A stretch of 64,000 nt of DNA from an uncultured virus (IMG/VR IMGVR_UViG_3300010883_000016) (lineage: Duplodnaviria > Heunggongvirae > Uroviricota > Caudoviricetes), in the IMG/VR virus record IMGVR_UViG_3300010883_000016; one strand, given 5' to 3'. Made by a program: the position numbers and the translations under genes. Below are positions 9,952 through 20,876 of the stretch, one piece after another (position 1 is the first letter of the stretch; the number at the start of each line of letters is the position of its first letter). A model generated the notes under the pieces. It was not told the origin of the DNA. It saw only the letters and a program-made list of their open reading frames with translations, and did not search any database.

Positions 9952-10596
9952 ATGCATATTTGTACAATAAAAGGCATGCCGATAAGGATACACTATAGTC
10001 TTTTTATATTTGTATCATTAATACTATCATATATATATTTTACTTCCGGCTTAGCATACGCTAAAGCCATATCTTGTATATTCTTTGTTTTATTTTCAAG
10101 CGTATTGATGCATGAGATAGGCCATGCTTTAATGGCAAAAAGATTTTCTATGGAGACGAAAAGTATTACGCTTTATCCATTTGGTGGAATTGCAATGATA
10201 AGAATGGATAATCTTACGAGTAAATCAGAAATATTGATTGCGCTCGCCGGCCCGCTAACAAATCTTTTGTTATCAGCAATATCAATACCACTTATTTTGC
10301 TGAATATACCATTATCAATTGAGTTATTTTCTGTAAATGTAATAATGTGTGTATTTAACATGATTCCTGCATTTCCAATGGACGGAGGTCGGGTCTTGAG
10401 GGGGGTTCTTTCGTACAAGCTTGATAGAGATGTTGCCACTATTTACTGCATAAGGCTATCTGGGCTATTTTTATTATTATTTATATTGACTGGTGTTGTT
10501 TTTAAATTCCCATCACTCATATTGGTTGGATTCGTTTTAATGTTCATGGTATCATCTGAGTCAAAGAAATTAAGAGGCTATTCAAAAAATCATTAA
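9952..10596 (+). CDS. Site-2 protease (M50) membrane metallopeptidase
   Basis: HEIGH, AGP, NMIPAFPMDGGR motifs. Confidence 0.9.
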   Translation: MHICTIKGMPIRIHYSLFIFVSLILSYIYFTSGLAYAKAISCIFFVLFSSVLMHEIGHALMAKRFSMETKSITLYPFGGIAMIRMDNLTSKSEILIALAGPLTNLLLSAISIPLILLNIPLSIELFSVNVIMCVFNMIPAFPMDGGRVLRGVLSYKLDRDVATIYCIRLSGLFLLLFILTGVVFKFPSLILVGFVLMFMVSSESKKLRGYSKNH

Positions 10597-10704
10597 GCAG
10601 GTATTATTAATATAATGCAATAAAGTGGCAACCTGCTACTTTGTTAGAATAGTAATGAATTTTATAATGTTTGTATAATATCAAGATAGGAGACTACACT
10701 AGAA

Positions 10705-12513
10705 ATGAGTATACTTAGAGTTGACAAAATATTAAGTTATCTCGAAGAAGAGGAGGTCCATGTCTTGGGCCTTCGCATTGGTGACTTTCCGATCGAAATG
10801 AACACAGCTACAGAGGTGTTTGTAAAAAACGGAACCTGTGTTTATCAAGATGATAAATTTAAGTTTAAGCAAAATAATGAATGGATAACGATAGGCGATG
10901 AAATATTTTCATTAGACCTAAAGACGGACGGCGGCGGCGTTATAACGGTAAGTTCGGAAGATAGTATATCTATATCAAGTGGCTCTTCTGCTATACATAC
11001 CTATGCGACATTGGACCCGTCTGGTACTCCAAAGATCGGCATAGCGTGGAAGGCAGGACTTCATCAGCTATCCGTTGACTCTCCTGGAGACCCACCAAGT
11101 GGCCATCCTGGCAACGTAAGAGATGATATGATGCCGAGCGCTGGAGATATTTTTCAGTGGGATCCAGATGGTGCCGGAGCGGGCGTTGGACACTGGGATG
11201 CAATAGGCGCTGGAGCTGGGCCTTCATCCGGAGATGTCTTAACTTGGAGCGGCACAGAGTGGTCTGCAAATCCTGTTCCAATAACAGGGGATGTATTTTC
11301 AGTCCTTGATGGAACGCCTATGTCTAGGCAAATTACAGTAATTACGGATGATACATGTAAAGAGATAACAAACTCTTTAGCTGCTATAGATATGGTTGGA
11401 AATATAAGCTCTCCCTCATCTATTCAGGGAGAGTATATGGTGTCAACCCTAGGGACTTGGTGCGATACATTACGAGTAAAAAATGCCGCAGTTGTTGGTC
11501 ATGTACTTACATGTACGAGTGCACTTCTTGGCAATGCAGAGTGGCAGCCGCCATCCGGCGGCGGTGGGGCAGATAATCTTGGAAATCATATAGCCACAGA
11601 AAATTTACAAATGAGCGGACATTGGATATCGGAAAGCGGGTCTGATGAGGGGCTGAAGATTCATAGTGGTGGAACAGTTGGTATTAACTCATCACTTCCC
11701 GTATCAAATGTTGTTCTAGATATAAAAGATGCTCCAGATGGCACAAGCGGAAACGTTAGACTTGAGAGTGGTAGAGGTATAACATTCGGCCCAAGCGCCG
11801 TGAGTAACCCAAGAATATATAGCGATCCGACACTTTTAAACAACTTAAGGTTAAGCACAGGCAGCAGAAGGATTGAGCTTGATAGGCTCGGCCACATAGG
11901 GCTTGGTGTGTGGGCGGATCTTGAGGCCGATGCAGATGGTCTTGTAAATATAAACAAAGATAGTGTTGGTCACGAGGATGCCGGATTATATATACATGGA
12001 GACGATGATGATATTGACTTTATTAAGTGTGAAGCTTCCGGTGGAGCCCAGAGATTTAGAGTAACGGGGGAGGGGGATGTTGGTGTAGGAACTGGTCTGC
12101 CACGGCAATCAATAGACATAAAAAGCAATGGAGGGCTTGATTCAGTAAGCTTTGCAGTATCAGGAGCTTTACTTGGTGAGGTTCTTATTTGCGAATATAA
12201 TCTTACGCTTTTTAGGTCTTTTCAAGCATTTATAACGGTTGCTGATCATACACCAATTACTCAAGAGTTTATGACTACGACAGTAACCGTCCTTCATGAC
12301 GGAAAGGGGCCTGTATTTTCATCACCACATGTTCATCACACAGAGCATGGCGTTATAACTGCAAGATTTGGAACAAGTCCGTGGGTTATGACTAATGGTT
12401 TCCTTATAAAAAGCAATATTGTTGGTAACATGATGCAATTATCAATAAAAATACTTGGATCCGGAGATACATTTGAAGGCAATGCTGTTATAACGGGCTT
12501 AAGGGGAGCATAA
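10705..12513 (+). CDS. Tail-fibre-like virion protein
   Basis: GDVLTWSGTEW, ADNLGNHIAT and G.VGIG/N repeats typical of phage fibres. Confidence 0.65.
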   Translation: MSILRVDKILSYLEEEEVHVLGLRIGDFPIEMNTATEVFVKNGTCVYQDDKFKFKQNNEWITIGDEIFSLDLKTDGGGVITVSSEDSISISSGSSAIHTYATLDPSGTPKIGIAWKAGLHQLSVDSPGDPPSGHPGNVRDDMMPSAGDIFQWDPDGAGAGVGHWDAIGAGAGPSSGDVLTWSGTEWSANPVPITGDVFSVLDGTPMSRQITVITDDTCKEITNSLAAIDMVGNISSPSSIQGEYMVSTLGTWCDTLRVKNAAVVGHVLTCTSALLGNAEWQPPSGGGGADNLGNHIATENLQMSGHWISESGSDEGLKIHSGGTVGINSSLPVSNVVLDIKDAPDGTSGNVRLESGRGITFGPSAVSNPRIYSDPTLLNNLRLSTGSRRIELDRLGHIGLGVWADLEADADGLVNINKDSVGHEDAGLYIHGDDDDIDFIKCEASGGAQRFRVTGEGDVGVGTGLPRQSIDIKSNGGLDSVSFAVSGALLGEVLICEYNLTLFRSFQAFITVADHTPITQEFMTTTVTVLHDGKGPVFSSPHVHHTEHGVITARFGTSPWVMTNGFLIKSNIVGNMMQLSIKILGSGDTFEGNAVITGLRGA

Positions 12514-12514
12514 A

Positions 12515-14542
12515 ATGGCTGAATCAAAATTTGGTACAAAATATATAATCTTTCCTAATAGCGGTGGAGCAGCCGGTGAAGCTCTCGTATCTGATGGCGG
12601 AGGCAACCTTGAGTGGGGCGCCGGCGGCGGCGGCGGTGCAGACGGAGCAGATGGCGAGGACGGCGCTACTTGGACAAGCAGCGATGCTGGTCCTTCGGGC
12701 GGTAGCGATGGAGACTTCCACTTTAATTCACTTACAAAAGAAATACACAAAAATACCGCCGGCACCTGGGCTGTAATCGCAGATATAACTGGTGCACCTG
12801 GACCAACTGGAGCAACCGGGGAAGACGACGGATTCGGCTCTTTTAATTTACAGGTTCATGATCTGGGGACAACTGGTGGCACCATGTTCAAGCTAGGGGT
12901 AGATTTAACTCCTGCCGGATTACCACATATTATTAGTGCGGACGGACCCGATAGGCAGATGACTCTTGTGGCCGATAACTACATTAGGTTCGAGGTGCAG
13001 GATGATGATGCGGTAGTTTGGATTGGTGTTAACCCGATGCCAACCACATACCTTTCTGATGTCTCTGGTGTTGTACCAACATCGGGACAGGTACTAATGT
13101 GGGATGGTGTAGATTCCTATGCTCCGGCCGATATGCCTGCCGCCGGTCCAGCCGGAGCAGATGGTGCAGCTGGAATAGACGGATCAGATGGAGCAGCCGG
13201 AGCAGCTGGAGCAGCTGGTGCAGCCGGAATAGACGGATCAGATGGAGCAGCCGGAGCAGCTGGTGCAGCCGGTGCAGCCGGAGCAGATGGTGCAGCCGGA
13301 GCAGATGGTGCAGCCGGAGCAGATGGTGCAGCCGGAGCGACATCAGTCGGTGCACAATATATAGTAAATGTATCTGACGGCTCTAGTGGGTTCGAAGCTG
13401 CAACTTGGGAGTTTTCCGGAGGAAGTCATTTATTGCCCACGGCAAACGCCTCCTATGACATTGGCTCTGCCGATAAGAAAGTTAGGCATTTATTTTTAAG
13501 TGATAATAGCTTAAGAGTGGGTCACGATGGTGGCGATCAACAAGTTCGTATTGGAATGGTCAATAATTCATTGCTTATATCTTATGCTGATGATGATGTT
13601 AGCATCGCAACTTCGTCAATGCAGTTGCCGACAACTCTTGGTCCTGGCGCAGGCCAGGTTATGCAAACATCTGCAGTTCCCGGAGTTCTTGAGTGGGTTC
13701 CAATATCCTCAGGGGTAGACGGGGTAGACGGAGCGGACGGAGCCACTGGAGCCACTGGGGCTGATGGAGATGACGGGGCAGTAGGCCCAGCAGGAGATGG
13801 GATAACGAGCGTCGTAGATAATGGGGACGGGACGCTTACAGTTCATTATGGCGGAGGATCAGCGGTGATTACCTCCGATCTAACGGGCCCGGATGGTGCA
13901 GCCGGAGCAGATGGTGCAGCCGGAGCAGATGGCTCGGCCGGTGCAGATGGCTCCGATGGCAAGAGCGTTCTGAATGGAGTCGGCGCCCCGATAGATGGTG
14001 CGGATGGTGGATTCGGAGTTACAGGGGTAGAGGGAGATTTCTATATTAACACGGGCACAAATAATATATATGGACCAAAAACGTCTACCGCGTGGGGCTC
14101 TCCAACCAGCTTGGTTGGCGCAGATGGCGCAGATGGCGCAGACGGTGCAGATGGCGCAGAAGGCGGAGACGGCCTTACGATATATCCAACTATGTTTACT
14201 GCTGGTGGTGGAGTCGCTCAGATTGTAGCGTCAGACATGTTCCATATCGGAGTAGTATGCGCCACAGGACCAAAAGAGGTAAGAGTCCCACATCCCAATG
14301 ACATTAGCGTTGGCAAAGCTTATTTGATATCGGATATTGATGGCAATGCATCTACAAATAATATCACAATAACAGTTGCCACCGCAGGGGATGATACAAC
14401 GGTGGTTGGTGGAAAATTTCAAGATAGCGCCGGGGCGGTAATCTCGGACGACTGGGGGGGCATAAAAATAGTCTGCGTAACGAGAGGCGAGGGAGGTTCT
14501 CCTGATCGCCAATGGGTGATAGTTAGCGTGGTAGGGAGTTAG
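12515..14542 (+). CDS. Collagen-like tail fibre/whisker protein
   Basis: Long Gly-X-Y runs (GAD/GAA); GVEGDFYINT and YDIGSADKKVRHLFLS fibre motifs. Confidence 0.8.
   Translation: MAESKFGTKYIIFPNSGGAAGEALVSDGGGNLEWGAGGGGGADGADGEDGATWTSSDAGPSGGSDGDFHFNSLTKEIHKNTAGTWAVIADITGAPGPTGATGEDDGFGSFNLQVHDLGTTGGTMFKLGVDLTPAGLPHIISADGPDRQMTLVADNYIRFEVQDDDAVVWIGVNPMPTTYLSDVSGVVPTSGQVLMWDGVDSYAPADMPAAGPAGADGAAGIDGSDGAAGAAGAAGAAGIDGSDGAAGAAGAAGAAGADGAAGADGAAGADGAAGATSVGAQYIVNVSDGSSGFEAATWEFSGGSHLLPTANASYDIGSADKKVRHLFLSDNSLRVGHDGGDQQVRIGMVNNSLLISYADDDVSIATSSMQLPTTLGPGAGQVMQTSAVPGVLEWVPISSGVDGVDGADGATGATGADGDDGAVGPAGDGITSVVDNGDGTLTVHYGGGSAVITSDLTGPDGAAGADGAAGADGSAGADGSDGKSVLNGVGAPIDGADGGFGVTGVEGDFYINTGTNNIYGPKTSTAWGSPTSLVGADGADGADGADGAEGGDGLTIYPTMFTAGGGVAQIVASDMFHIGVVCATGPKEVRVPHPNDISVGKAYLISDIDGNASTNNITITVATAGDDTTVVGGKFQDSAGAVISDDWGGIKIVCVTRGEGGSPDRQWVIVSVVGS
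13151..13337 (+). repeat. 9/18-bp coding tandem repeats (collagen GAD/GAA)
   Basis: GCCGGAGCAGATGGTGCA-type units repeated in tandem. Confidence 0.85.
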
Positions 14543-14543
14543 T

Positions 14544-15575
14544 ATGGCCTGGGAGCTTGTATTAGAAAATGTGGGTGGTCAAAACTGGTGGTTACTAAGG
14601 CCAGTAACAGAATCATCTGAAGAATGTGAAACAACAAGTCTCTTTTCTATTGAGAATGTAGAAGTTGCGCCGAATACAGTAGTTGTAAACGATTTAGAAG
14701 CAGCCGTACAATTATTTGAGATACCCGGAGTGCAAGATGCTCTTCCGCCAATTGTGATTAGCGGGTTTGCACAAGGGCTGTCTCACGCCAGTCTGTCTGG
14801 GCCAGTTACGGTTGGTCATTCTGAAATAAACCTTAATACGAGTAGCTCTATAATATTTACAGACTATGTTAATAATACGACTGATTTAACAATATCATTT
14901 TGGGTTTACCCAACATCCACATCCGGCGATGATTGCTTTTTGCTTAGCTCAAGAGTTCAAGGTGGTAATGATTGCTGGTCAATACTTAGAGATGGCGCCA
15001 ATTGGAAAGTTATATGGGACCAGAATAATACACAAAGCGCCACCATGTCTTCAGTTGATATAGATCAATGGCAGCATATAGCGGTATCTTGGCATTTAGA
15101 CGGAAGCAATTCTGGATATGTAAAATTTTATAAGAACGGCATACTGGAGGGGGAGCAGGTCGGAGTTAGTGACGGCCCATCTGGAGAATGGACTATGGGT
15201 GGCAGGAGTAATGACGGCACAAGCATGTATCAAAGTAGGTTCGAAGGTTATTTATCCTCTATATCATTTCACGAATCCATTCTAACTGTATCCGAAATAT
15301 TAGACATGGCTAGAGCAGATCACGATCAGGATCTTTCATCTAATTTTGGAAACTACACCTCTTCCGCCTCCTTGGCCCTCGCCGTGTTAGGAGGGACTGG
15401 AGAACACTCACTTGTAGAGGATTATCCAGGTACATATACTGAAGCAGATTCGTTAGATATCCAGAGCTTAATTAATTATTCTTTAGAGGTTACCACAAAC
15501 ACAACCGGAGGGACCCCCAGCGTTGCTACCGGAAATATATCTTACATCAATAAGCCTCCGGAACCAGTTCCTTGA
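14544..15575 (+). CDS. LamG/concanavalin-A-like lectin domain protein (virion)
   Basis: TISFWV, WQHIAVSW, FYKNG, FEGYLSSI LamG_3 pattern. Confidence 0.8.
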   Translation: MAWELVLENVGGQNWWLLRPVTESSEECETTSLFSIENVEVAPNTVVVNDLEAAVQLFEIPGVQDALPPIVISGFAQGLSHASLSGPVTVGHSEINLNTSSSIIFTDYVNNTTDLTISFWVYPTSTSGDDCFLLSSRVQGGNDCWSILRDGANWKVIWDQNNTQSATMSSVDIDQWQHIAVSWHLDGSNSGYVKFYKNGILEGEQVGVSDGPSGEWTMGGRSNDGTSMYQSRFEGYLSSISFHESILTVSEILDMARADHDQDLSSNFGNYTSSASLALAVLGGTGEHSLVEDYPGTYTEADSLDIQSLINYSLEVTTNTTGGTPSVATGNISYINKPPEPVP

Positions 15576-15675
15576 GGAGTGTGATGCAGCAAGCAGTTAT
15601 TTTAAATTACATGGAAATTTAATCTAGATTAGAACAAATTATATTATTATTTTATATTAAACTTAGGAGGGTGAA

Positions 15676-16833
15676 ATGGCTTTACCAACATTAGCATGGA
15701 CAATTACAGACGAACAACTGCTGGGGCTTCTTGACCCTGACTGGGCGGGAATGAGCAATGACAGCAATTTAATAGTTGTTAATTTTTTATCACATATTGC
15801 AAGACACATTACTGATAATTCAACTCATTGGGAGGTAAATTCCTCTGCGTTTAGCGCAACTGACGGTACTGTAGTTATAGGGCTTAAAAGTGCAGGGGGG
15901 CAGAGGCTAAGCGGATTAAACATTATCCTTGGTTGCTCAACGAATGATAATAACATGAGCGTTCGCGGGTTGCAGCCTCATAATGTTAGTTCAACTCTAA
16001 CGAAGAATCTAGTTTGGATGGCTATGACCATCGGAATGACGAGCCCCGCTACTCCGGACGGTGCAGCCCTAGCCCCTGATGACTGGATAACATTAGACTG
16101 GGAGAACAACGCTATCGTTGGATATGATAATGGTAACCCAAGGTTTAGTGGGTTTACTTCCCTTACTGGCCATATGGGGGCCAACGTTTCTGATGCGGCT
16201 GGAATCAGGCTGATAGAAAGCAGCGAAGCTTTGTTTTTTATGCCAAGAGTAACGATCGGGAGTCACTGCTTCCTCGGCGGGTGCGGAGCGATTATAACCC
16301 CACAAGACGCAACATATGCTGAGGTGCCAGGTACTGGCGGCTGGGCCGACACTGGTGGAGTTGGGGTCGCCGGAGAAAATAACAGGGTGTTTGGCATTAC
16401 AAGCAATCCCGTTAACTATAATAATGGTGCCGCAGCGGCTGCCGCTGACTTTTGGATCAAGGACCCTAGCGAATTATACGGTATGTTTACATCGAATGGT
16501 AATGCTAATCAAACTTACGCTACATTTAAAATATTCGATCCAATTGCTCAAGACAATACAAAGAAGAAGGTTTCAAGAGTGTGTAGTTATACCATCTCTA
16601 AACAATATGGAGGTGACTTAACTACCCCTAGCGGCACTCGTGTCCATTTGGATATCCCACTGAGGGTTAATGAGAATCCGAATTATTTCTTAGGAAGACT
16701 TAGGCAGATTCGAGCAGGCCAAGATAGCATATCTGGAACAATATTAAAAAATGGGGCAGATGCTGTGAAGTCTATTTTGTGGTCCATTAGTGGAAATGCA
16801 GTGGCTGACGCAATTGCCTTTGATAACGACTAA
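15676..16833 (+). CDS. Hypothetical virion protein
   Basis: AGGAGG RBS; lies within the fibre cluster; beta-rich composition. Confidence 0.65.
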   Translation: MALPTLAWTITDEQLLGLLDPDWAGMSNDSNLIVVNFLSHIARHITDNSTHWEVNSSAFSATDGTVVIGLKSAGGQRLSGLNIILGCSTNDNNMSVRGLQPHNVSSTLTKNLVWMAMTIGMTSPATPDGAALAPDDWITLDWENNAIVGYDNGNPRFSGFTSLTGHMGANVSDAAGIRLIESSEALFFMPRVTIGSHCFLGGCGAIITPQDATYAEVPGTGGWADTGGVGVAGENNRVFGITSNPVNYNNGAAAAAADFWIKDPSELYGMFTSNGNANQTYATFKIFDPIAQDNTKKKVSRVCSYTISKQYGGDLTTPSGTRVHLDIPLRVNENPNYFLGRLRQIRAGQDSISGTILKNGADAVKSILWSISGNAVADAIAFDND

Positions 16834-16875
16834 GAGGTTATCAAAAGTTACTTACAGAATATAGGAGTTAGTTAG

Positions 16876-18960
16876 ATGCCCAAGGCAAGATTAGGAGACA
16901 TTACAAAAGCTATAAAAAGATCAAAAGATGTTGGGATGAATATCACAACAACTGCTGTTGATAATATTATCAATTGCTGTGATCCAAATGCTCCTGGCGG
17001 GGCAGGTGCTCCAGGACAAGATGGTGCTCCAGGACAAGATGGTGCTCCAGGACAAGATGGCACGAATGGTACGAATGGTACGAATGGTACGAATGGTACG
17101 AATGGTACGGCCGGTGCTGATGGCGCGACCGGCGCGACTGGCTCAGATGGTGCAGATGGTACAGATGGGGCAGATGGTGCAGATGGTGCAGATGGTGCAG
17201 ATGGGGCAGCTGGGGCAGCTGGGGCAGATGGTGCAGATGGGGCAGATGGTGCTGGTGGTACGAATGGTACGAATGGTATAGGCTGGACCGGCGGAAGTTA
17301 TGATTTAAATACCGGAGTTGTAGCTTTTACGTCTAATGATGCACTTGGTTTCGTCACAGGAGATCTTCGAGGCGCGGCCGGAGGTGGAGGCATAAACAAC
17401 GTTGTTGAAGATTCAAGCCCTCAATTGGGTGGGAACCTAGATGTTAGTGGGCAGGAGATTGTATCTACTTTTACAGACCAGAATATACCTATAACTCCAA
17501 ATGGAAATGGGAATATCGTTCTTGATGGCCAGTTGTGGCCAAATGAAGTCGGTTCTGACGGGTATTTCTTAAGGACAGATAATAATGGTGCTTGTGAATG
17601 GGTAGCTCCACCGACCGTGGGTGCAACCGATCTTGACGACTTGGGCGACGTATCTGCTCCCGTCGGAACTAATGATGGGGAGGTTTTAACTTACAATTCG
17701 GGTGTGTGGGCACCAGCGGCACCTTCCGCTGGTGGTAGCGGCATAGATAATGTTATTGAAGATACATCCCCTCAGTTGGGCGGCAATTTAGACGTTAATG
17801 GAAAGAACATTGTGTCTACCGGAGGTGCAAGTATAAGCATACTTCCAGATGGAGCTGGAGCCGTCAACATTGACGGATCAAGCTGGCCAACTGATTCGGG
17901 CGCAAACACTCAGGTTCTGCAAACAAATGGTGCGGGACAGCTTTCTTGGGTTGCTAACGCAGGCGGCGGCGGAATAAATAATGTTTCTGAAGACAGTAAT
18001 CCCTCTCTCGGTGGAGACTTAGATGTTAGTGGCAATAGCATTGTGTCCACTGGTAATGGGAATATCAATATAACTCCAGATGGGGCTGGTCATGTGGTTA
18101 TCCACGGTCAAGAATTTCCTAGCACAGCGGCTTCTGCGAATGGTGTCCTGCGGTCAGATGGATTGGGAGAGCTTAATTGGTCGGCCTCAGACCAGCTTTT
18201 CCATGGGGTGCTGCACTTGGCGCAGGATTTTTCTGCTCCTAATGGCGGATATGGGTTTGGTCCGACATCTCATCCATACCATGCAGGTCCAAACGGAATG
18301 CATGTTATATGCAGAGGCCTAACTAATCCTGGAGCGCTGATTGTACTAGAGGACTCTAATGATTGGGTCGGCGGAACTAGTTGGCACATTAGAAATGAAA
18401 CGGATGGCTTGATGCTCATTAAAGCGGAAAGCGCTACTCATTACATTAATGAAATAGAGGGCGGCGAGCATGCTGGGTATGTCATTCCTGATGGGGCTCT
18501 ATGCAGAATAGATGTCGAAGTCCATGCTGTTCTGGGAACTAGATTCTGGATTTCCGATAACAACGCTGGGACATCTTCAGTGAAGAAAATAGATCTTAGC
18601 CCGCTGGGCGGAAACAACTTTATTATTGTACCGGGTTATAGTGCGGCCTCTAACTCCATAGGCTTCAGAGGGACTGCGCAAGAAGCCCTTTTCGCATTTA
18701 GAAATGGAAATGGTGGCAGTGGTAATTTTACTGGAGGCATTGTGCTTGATGATGCAGATGCAAACGCCCATGGTTGGGAGGACGGACAGCGCTTTAAGAT
18801 CGCAAATCAAACAGGGGACGTTTTGGAGATTAGCTCCGAAGATGCGACTTACTTTATCAATGGACAAGCAGGCATCTCGATTGGTATTCCGGCTGGAAAG
18901 ATAAGCTACGTGGATGTTTCAAATGATGGCGTTGATGTGATGTTTTGGTTCCACCATTAA
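16876..18960 (+). CDS. Collagen-like tail fibre protein
   Basis: GQD/GTN/GAD triplets; three (N/D)NVxEDxxPxLGGxLDV repeats. Confidence 0.8.
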   Translation: MPKARLGDITKAIKRSKDVGMNITTTAVDNIINCCDPNAPGGAGAPGQDGAPGQDGAPGQDGTNGTNGTNGTNGTNGTAGADGATGATGSDGADGTDGADGADGADGADGAAGAAGADGADGADGAGGTNGTNGIGWTGGSYDLNTGVVAFTSNDALGFVTGDLRGAAGGGGINNVVEDSSPQLGGNLDVSGQEIVSTFTDQNIPITPNGNGNIVLDGQLWPNEVGSDGYFLRTDNNGACEWVAPPTVGATDLDDLGDVSAPVGTNDGEVLTYNSGVWAPAAPSAGGSGIDNVIEDTSPQLGGNLDVNGKNIVSTGGASISILPDGAGAVNIDGSSWPTDSGANTQVLQTNGAGQLSWVANAGGGGINNVSEDSNPSLGGDLDVSGNSIVSTGNGNINITPDGAGHVVIHGQEFPSTAASANGVLRSDGLGELNWSASDQLFHGVLHLAQDFSAPNGGYGFGPTSHPYHAGPNGMHVICRGLTNPGALIVLEDSNDWVGGTSWHIRNETDGLMLIKAESATHYINEIEGGEHAGYVIPDGALCRIDVEVHAVLGTRFWISDNNAGTSSVKKIDLSPLGGNNFIIVPGYSAASNSIGFRGTAQEALFAFRNGNGGSGNFTGGIVLDDADANAHGWEDGQRFKIANQTGDVLEISSEDATYFINGQAGISIGIPAGKISYVDVSNDGVDVMFWFHH
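17005..17278 (+). repeat. Coding tandem repeats (18-bp GGTGCTCCAGGACAAGAT x3; 9-bp GGTACGAAT and GGTGCAGAT runs)
   Basis: Directly visible. Confidence 0.85.
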
Positions 18961-18994
18961 GACTGACTGTTTATTATAATAAGCGGGCTATACT

Positions 18995-19267
18995 ATGAAA
19001 TTATTAAGTAGAAATTTAGTAAATTTATCAACAAAAGATGCTTTAGATTCCTTGGCCCATGTGTCAAGATATGAGCTTAATAGCGGAAATCTATACAATG
19101 TGTTTTTTATAGAGGCAAGATATTTTGGGTTTGAAGAAGTTTGTTGCAAAACAAACAAAATAATAAAAGAGGAACGCGCACTTGATGAGTATGATTATAA
19201 AATAGACATATTCTTTAAAGATAAAGAAAGGGACCTCGGTTGGAACCTAATGTTTAAAGATTGGTAA
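18995..19267 (+). CDS. Hypothetical protein
   Basis: ORF track, operon orientation. Confidence 0.5.
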   Translation: MKLLSRNLVNLSTKDALDSLAHVSRYELNSGNLYNVFFIEARYFGFEEVCCKTNKIIKEERALDEYDYKIDIFFKDKERDLGWNLMFKDW

Positions 19268-19277
19268 GAGTGCACCA

Positions 19278-19496
19278 GTGGAACATGAAGTTCGAAATAA
19301 AAAAAATTATAACCCAACAAAAGAAGAAGTTGAGCGTATAAATTACATACTGGCAATTGGCGATGCTTTTTTAATTATTGAAAAGTATTTAATAGGCTGC
19401 CTTGTTTTAATACAGGCCTGTAAAAATGTTATACTAGATAAGATGCGACGGGCAGATAACAAAAAAATTAGCAATGATAAGGGCGAAAAGATATAG
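19278..19496 (+). CDS. Hypothetical protein
   Basis: ORF track. Confidence 0.4.
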   Translation: MEHEVRNKKNYNPTKEEVERINYILAIGDAFLIIEKYLIGCLVLIQACKNVILDKMRRADNKKISNDKGEKI

Positions 19497-20037
19497 ATAC
19501 TATTATAGCGTATCAATGCTTTTCTTCGTATTAGTATTTTACACATCTTATGCATCAGATCATTATAATAGTGATAAAATCCTGGCCTGTATAGATTTTG
19601 AGCCAATAATTATTATCTGCGGAAGGTCTCTTGTCTCAGAGACGCGAGTGAGAAAGGCGGTTGGCACCTGGGAGAAGCTGGGGTATTCTTTTGCAGATGT
19701 CTTATATAAAGATGATGATGATGAATGTATAGAGTCAGAAGAATATGGAGTAATTGTAATCACCAAGCCAAACGAAGACTTTGATCATAAGTATTTGGCA
19801 ACGACAAAGAGATTTGCCGTAAAGCTTGATGAACAAGATTATGTCATTTATTCTAAAATTTATATTTCAAGCAAAGAGACAAAAAAAGAGCGCGTCTTAG
19901 AGCATGAGATCGGACATGCCATTGGCTGGGACCATTTTAATACAAGATATCACTTAATGCATGAGAATTGGAATGAGGGTGGGCACACCATATCTGGTAT
20001 AAATAAAGACTATTATGATAAAAAATGTAGCAAATAG
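19474..20037 (+). CDS. Matrixin-like metallopeptidase, paralog of 724..1266
   Basis: KERVLEHEIGHAIGWDH..LM; the KERVLEHE string is shared with the first copy. Confidence 0.8.
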   Translation: MIRAKRYRYYYSVSMLFFVLVFYTSYASDHYNSDKILACIDFEPIIIICGRSLVSETRVRKAVGTWEKLGYSFADVLYKDDDDECIESEEYGVIVITKPNEDFDHKYLATTKRFAVKLDEQDYVIYSKIYISSKETKKERVLEHEIGHAIGWDHFNTRYHLMHENWNEGGHTISGINKDYYDKKCSK

Positions 20038-20121
20038 TTATATAAATATCATATAAAATTTAAACTTTTAGCCCTTATATTCTATTAATTACTTTAAATA
20101 ATGTTAGAAATAGGAGCTGAA

Positions 20122-20271
20122 ATGGATATAAGTAAACTAATATCTCTTGCAAATTATTTAGATGAAATTGGCTTAACAAAAGAGGCCGAGCTTATTGATA
20201 ATTTGATCATATCTACACAGAGTGGTGTTTTAGATAATGATCAGGATGAGCAAGATGAAGAATCAGAATAA
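20122..20271 (+). CDS. Leader-only micro-protein (49 aa, not in ORF track)
   Basis: AGGAG RBS; MDISKLISLANYLDEIGLTKEAELIDNLIISTQSGVLDNDQDEQDEESE. Confidence 0.75.
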   Translation: MDISKLISLANYLDEIGLTKEAELIDNLIISTQSGVLDNDQDEQDEESE

Positions 20272-20300
20272 TTGGTAACATTCCTGTGCAAAAACACAAA

Positions 20301-20322
20301 GGCTCGCGGATATCCGCGAGCC
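20301..20322. terminator. Hairpin between convergent genes, likely terminator (T-tract on minus strand)
   Basis: GGCTCGCGGA-TA-TCCGCGAGCC. Confidence 0.7.
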
Positions 20323-20347
20323 TTAAGCATTTCTGAATAAAAATATT

Positions 20348-20803
20348 TTAGTCTAGTGCGTGTATTCCGAATGGTGCCACATCACCAAGCGCCTCTGGGA
20401 AGCCGCTGAATCCTCCTATCTTCTTAAGGAAAAGAACAAGGGTGAATTCGATTCCAGTTGCAGTGATATAGAGATCGCCTGCACCTGCCAGTATTGAAGC
20501 CCCCTCTATATCATCAGCGGTTAGAGAGCCGCCCGGAAAGCGTTCGGCTCCGTTTGAATTTCCGACAAATGTTGCGAATGGAGTGCCACCGCCGCCGCCG
20601 GCTCCATCGTCCCAGGCCAAACTAACGCTGTCACCCTGTTGAACCATCCATCTTGCGCCAACCAACTGTAGCCTATCAGTGTTGTCCCCGCTTGCCCGCG
20701 CCAGGGTGCCGGTAACAAGCTGGGCGGTCGCCGCACCCTCGCCCGCATCGGTACAATAAATAGTGGCAATCTCGTTGTTATCTGTCAGTGTATATATATC
20801 CAT
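20348..20803 (-). CDS. Hypothetical protein, possibly virion
   Basis: GGAG RBS; 151 aa. Confidence 0.65.
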   Translation of the reverse strand: MDIYTLTDNNEIATIYCTDAGEGAATAQLVTGTLARASGDNTDRLQLVGARWMVQQGDSVSLAWDDGAGGGGGTPFATFVGNSNGAERFPGGSLTADDIEGASILAGAGDLYITATGIEFTLVLFLKKIGGFSGFPEALGDVAPFGIHALD

Positions 20804-20876
20804 TTATATCTCCGTGATTATACCCGTGATTATACTGAGTTAAAATTACAATTTATTGTTGAATATTAATAGAGTA

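Noticed and set aside
13029..17281. Repetitive alternative-frame ORFs (e.g. 13029..13355, 13099..13377, 16958..17281)
   Set aside because: By-products of collagen-coding tandem repeats
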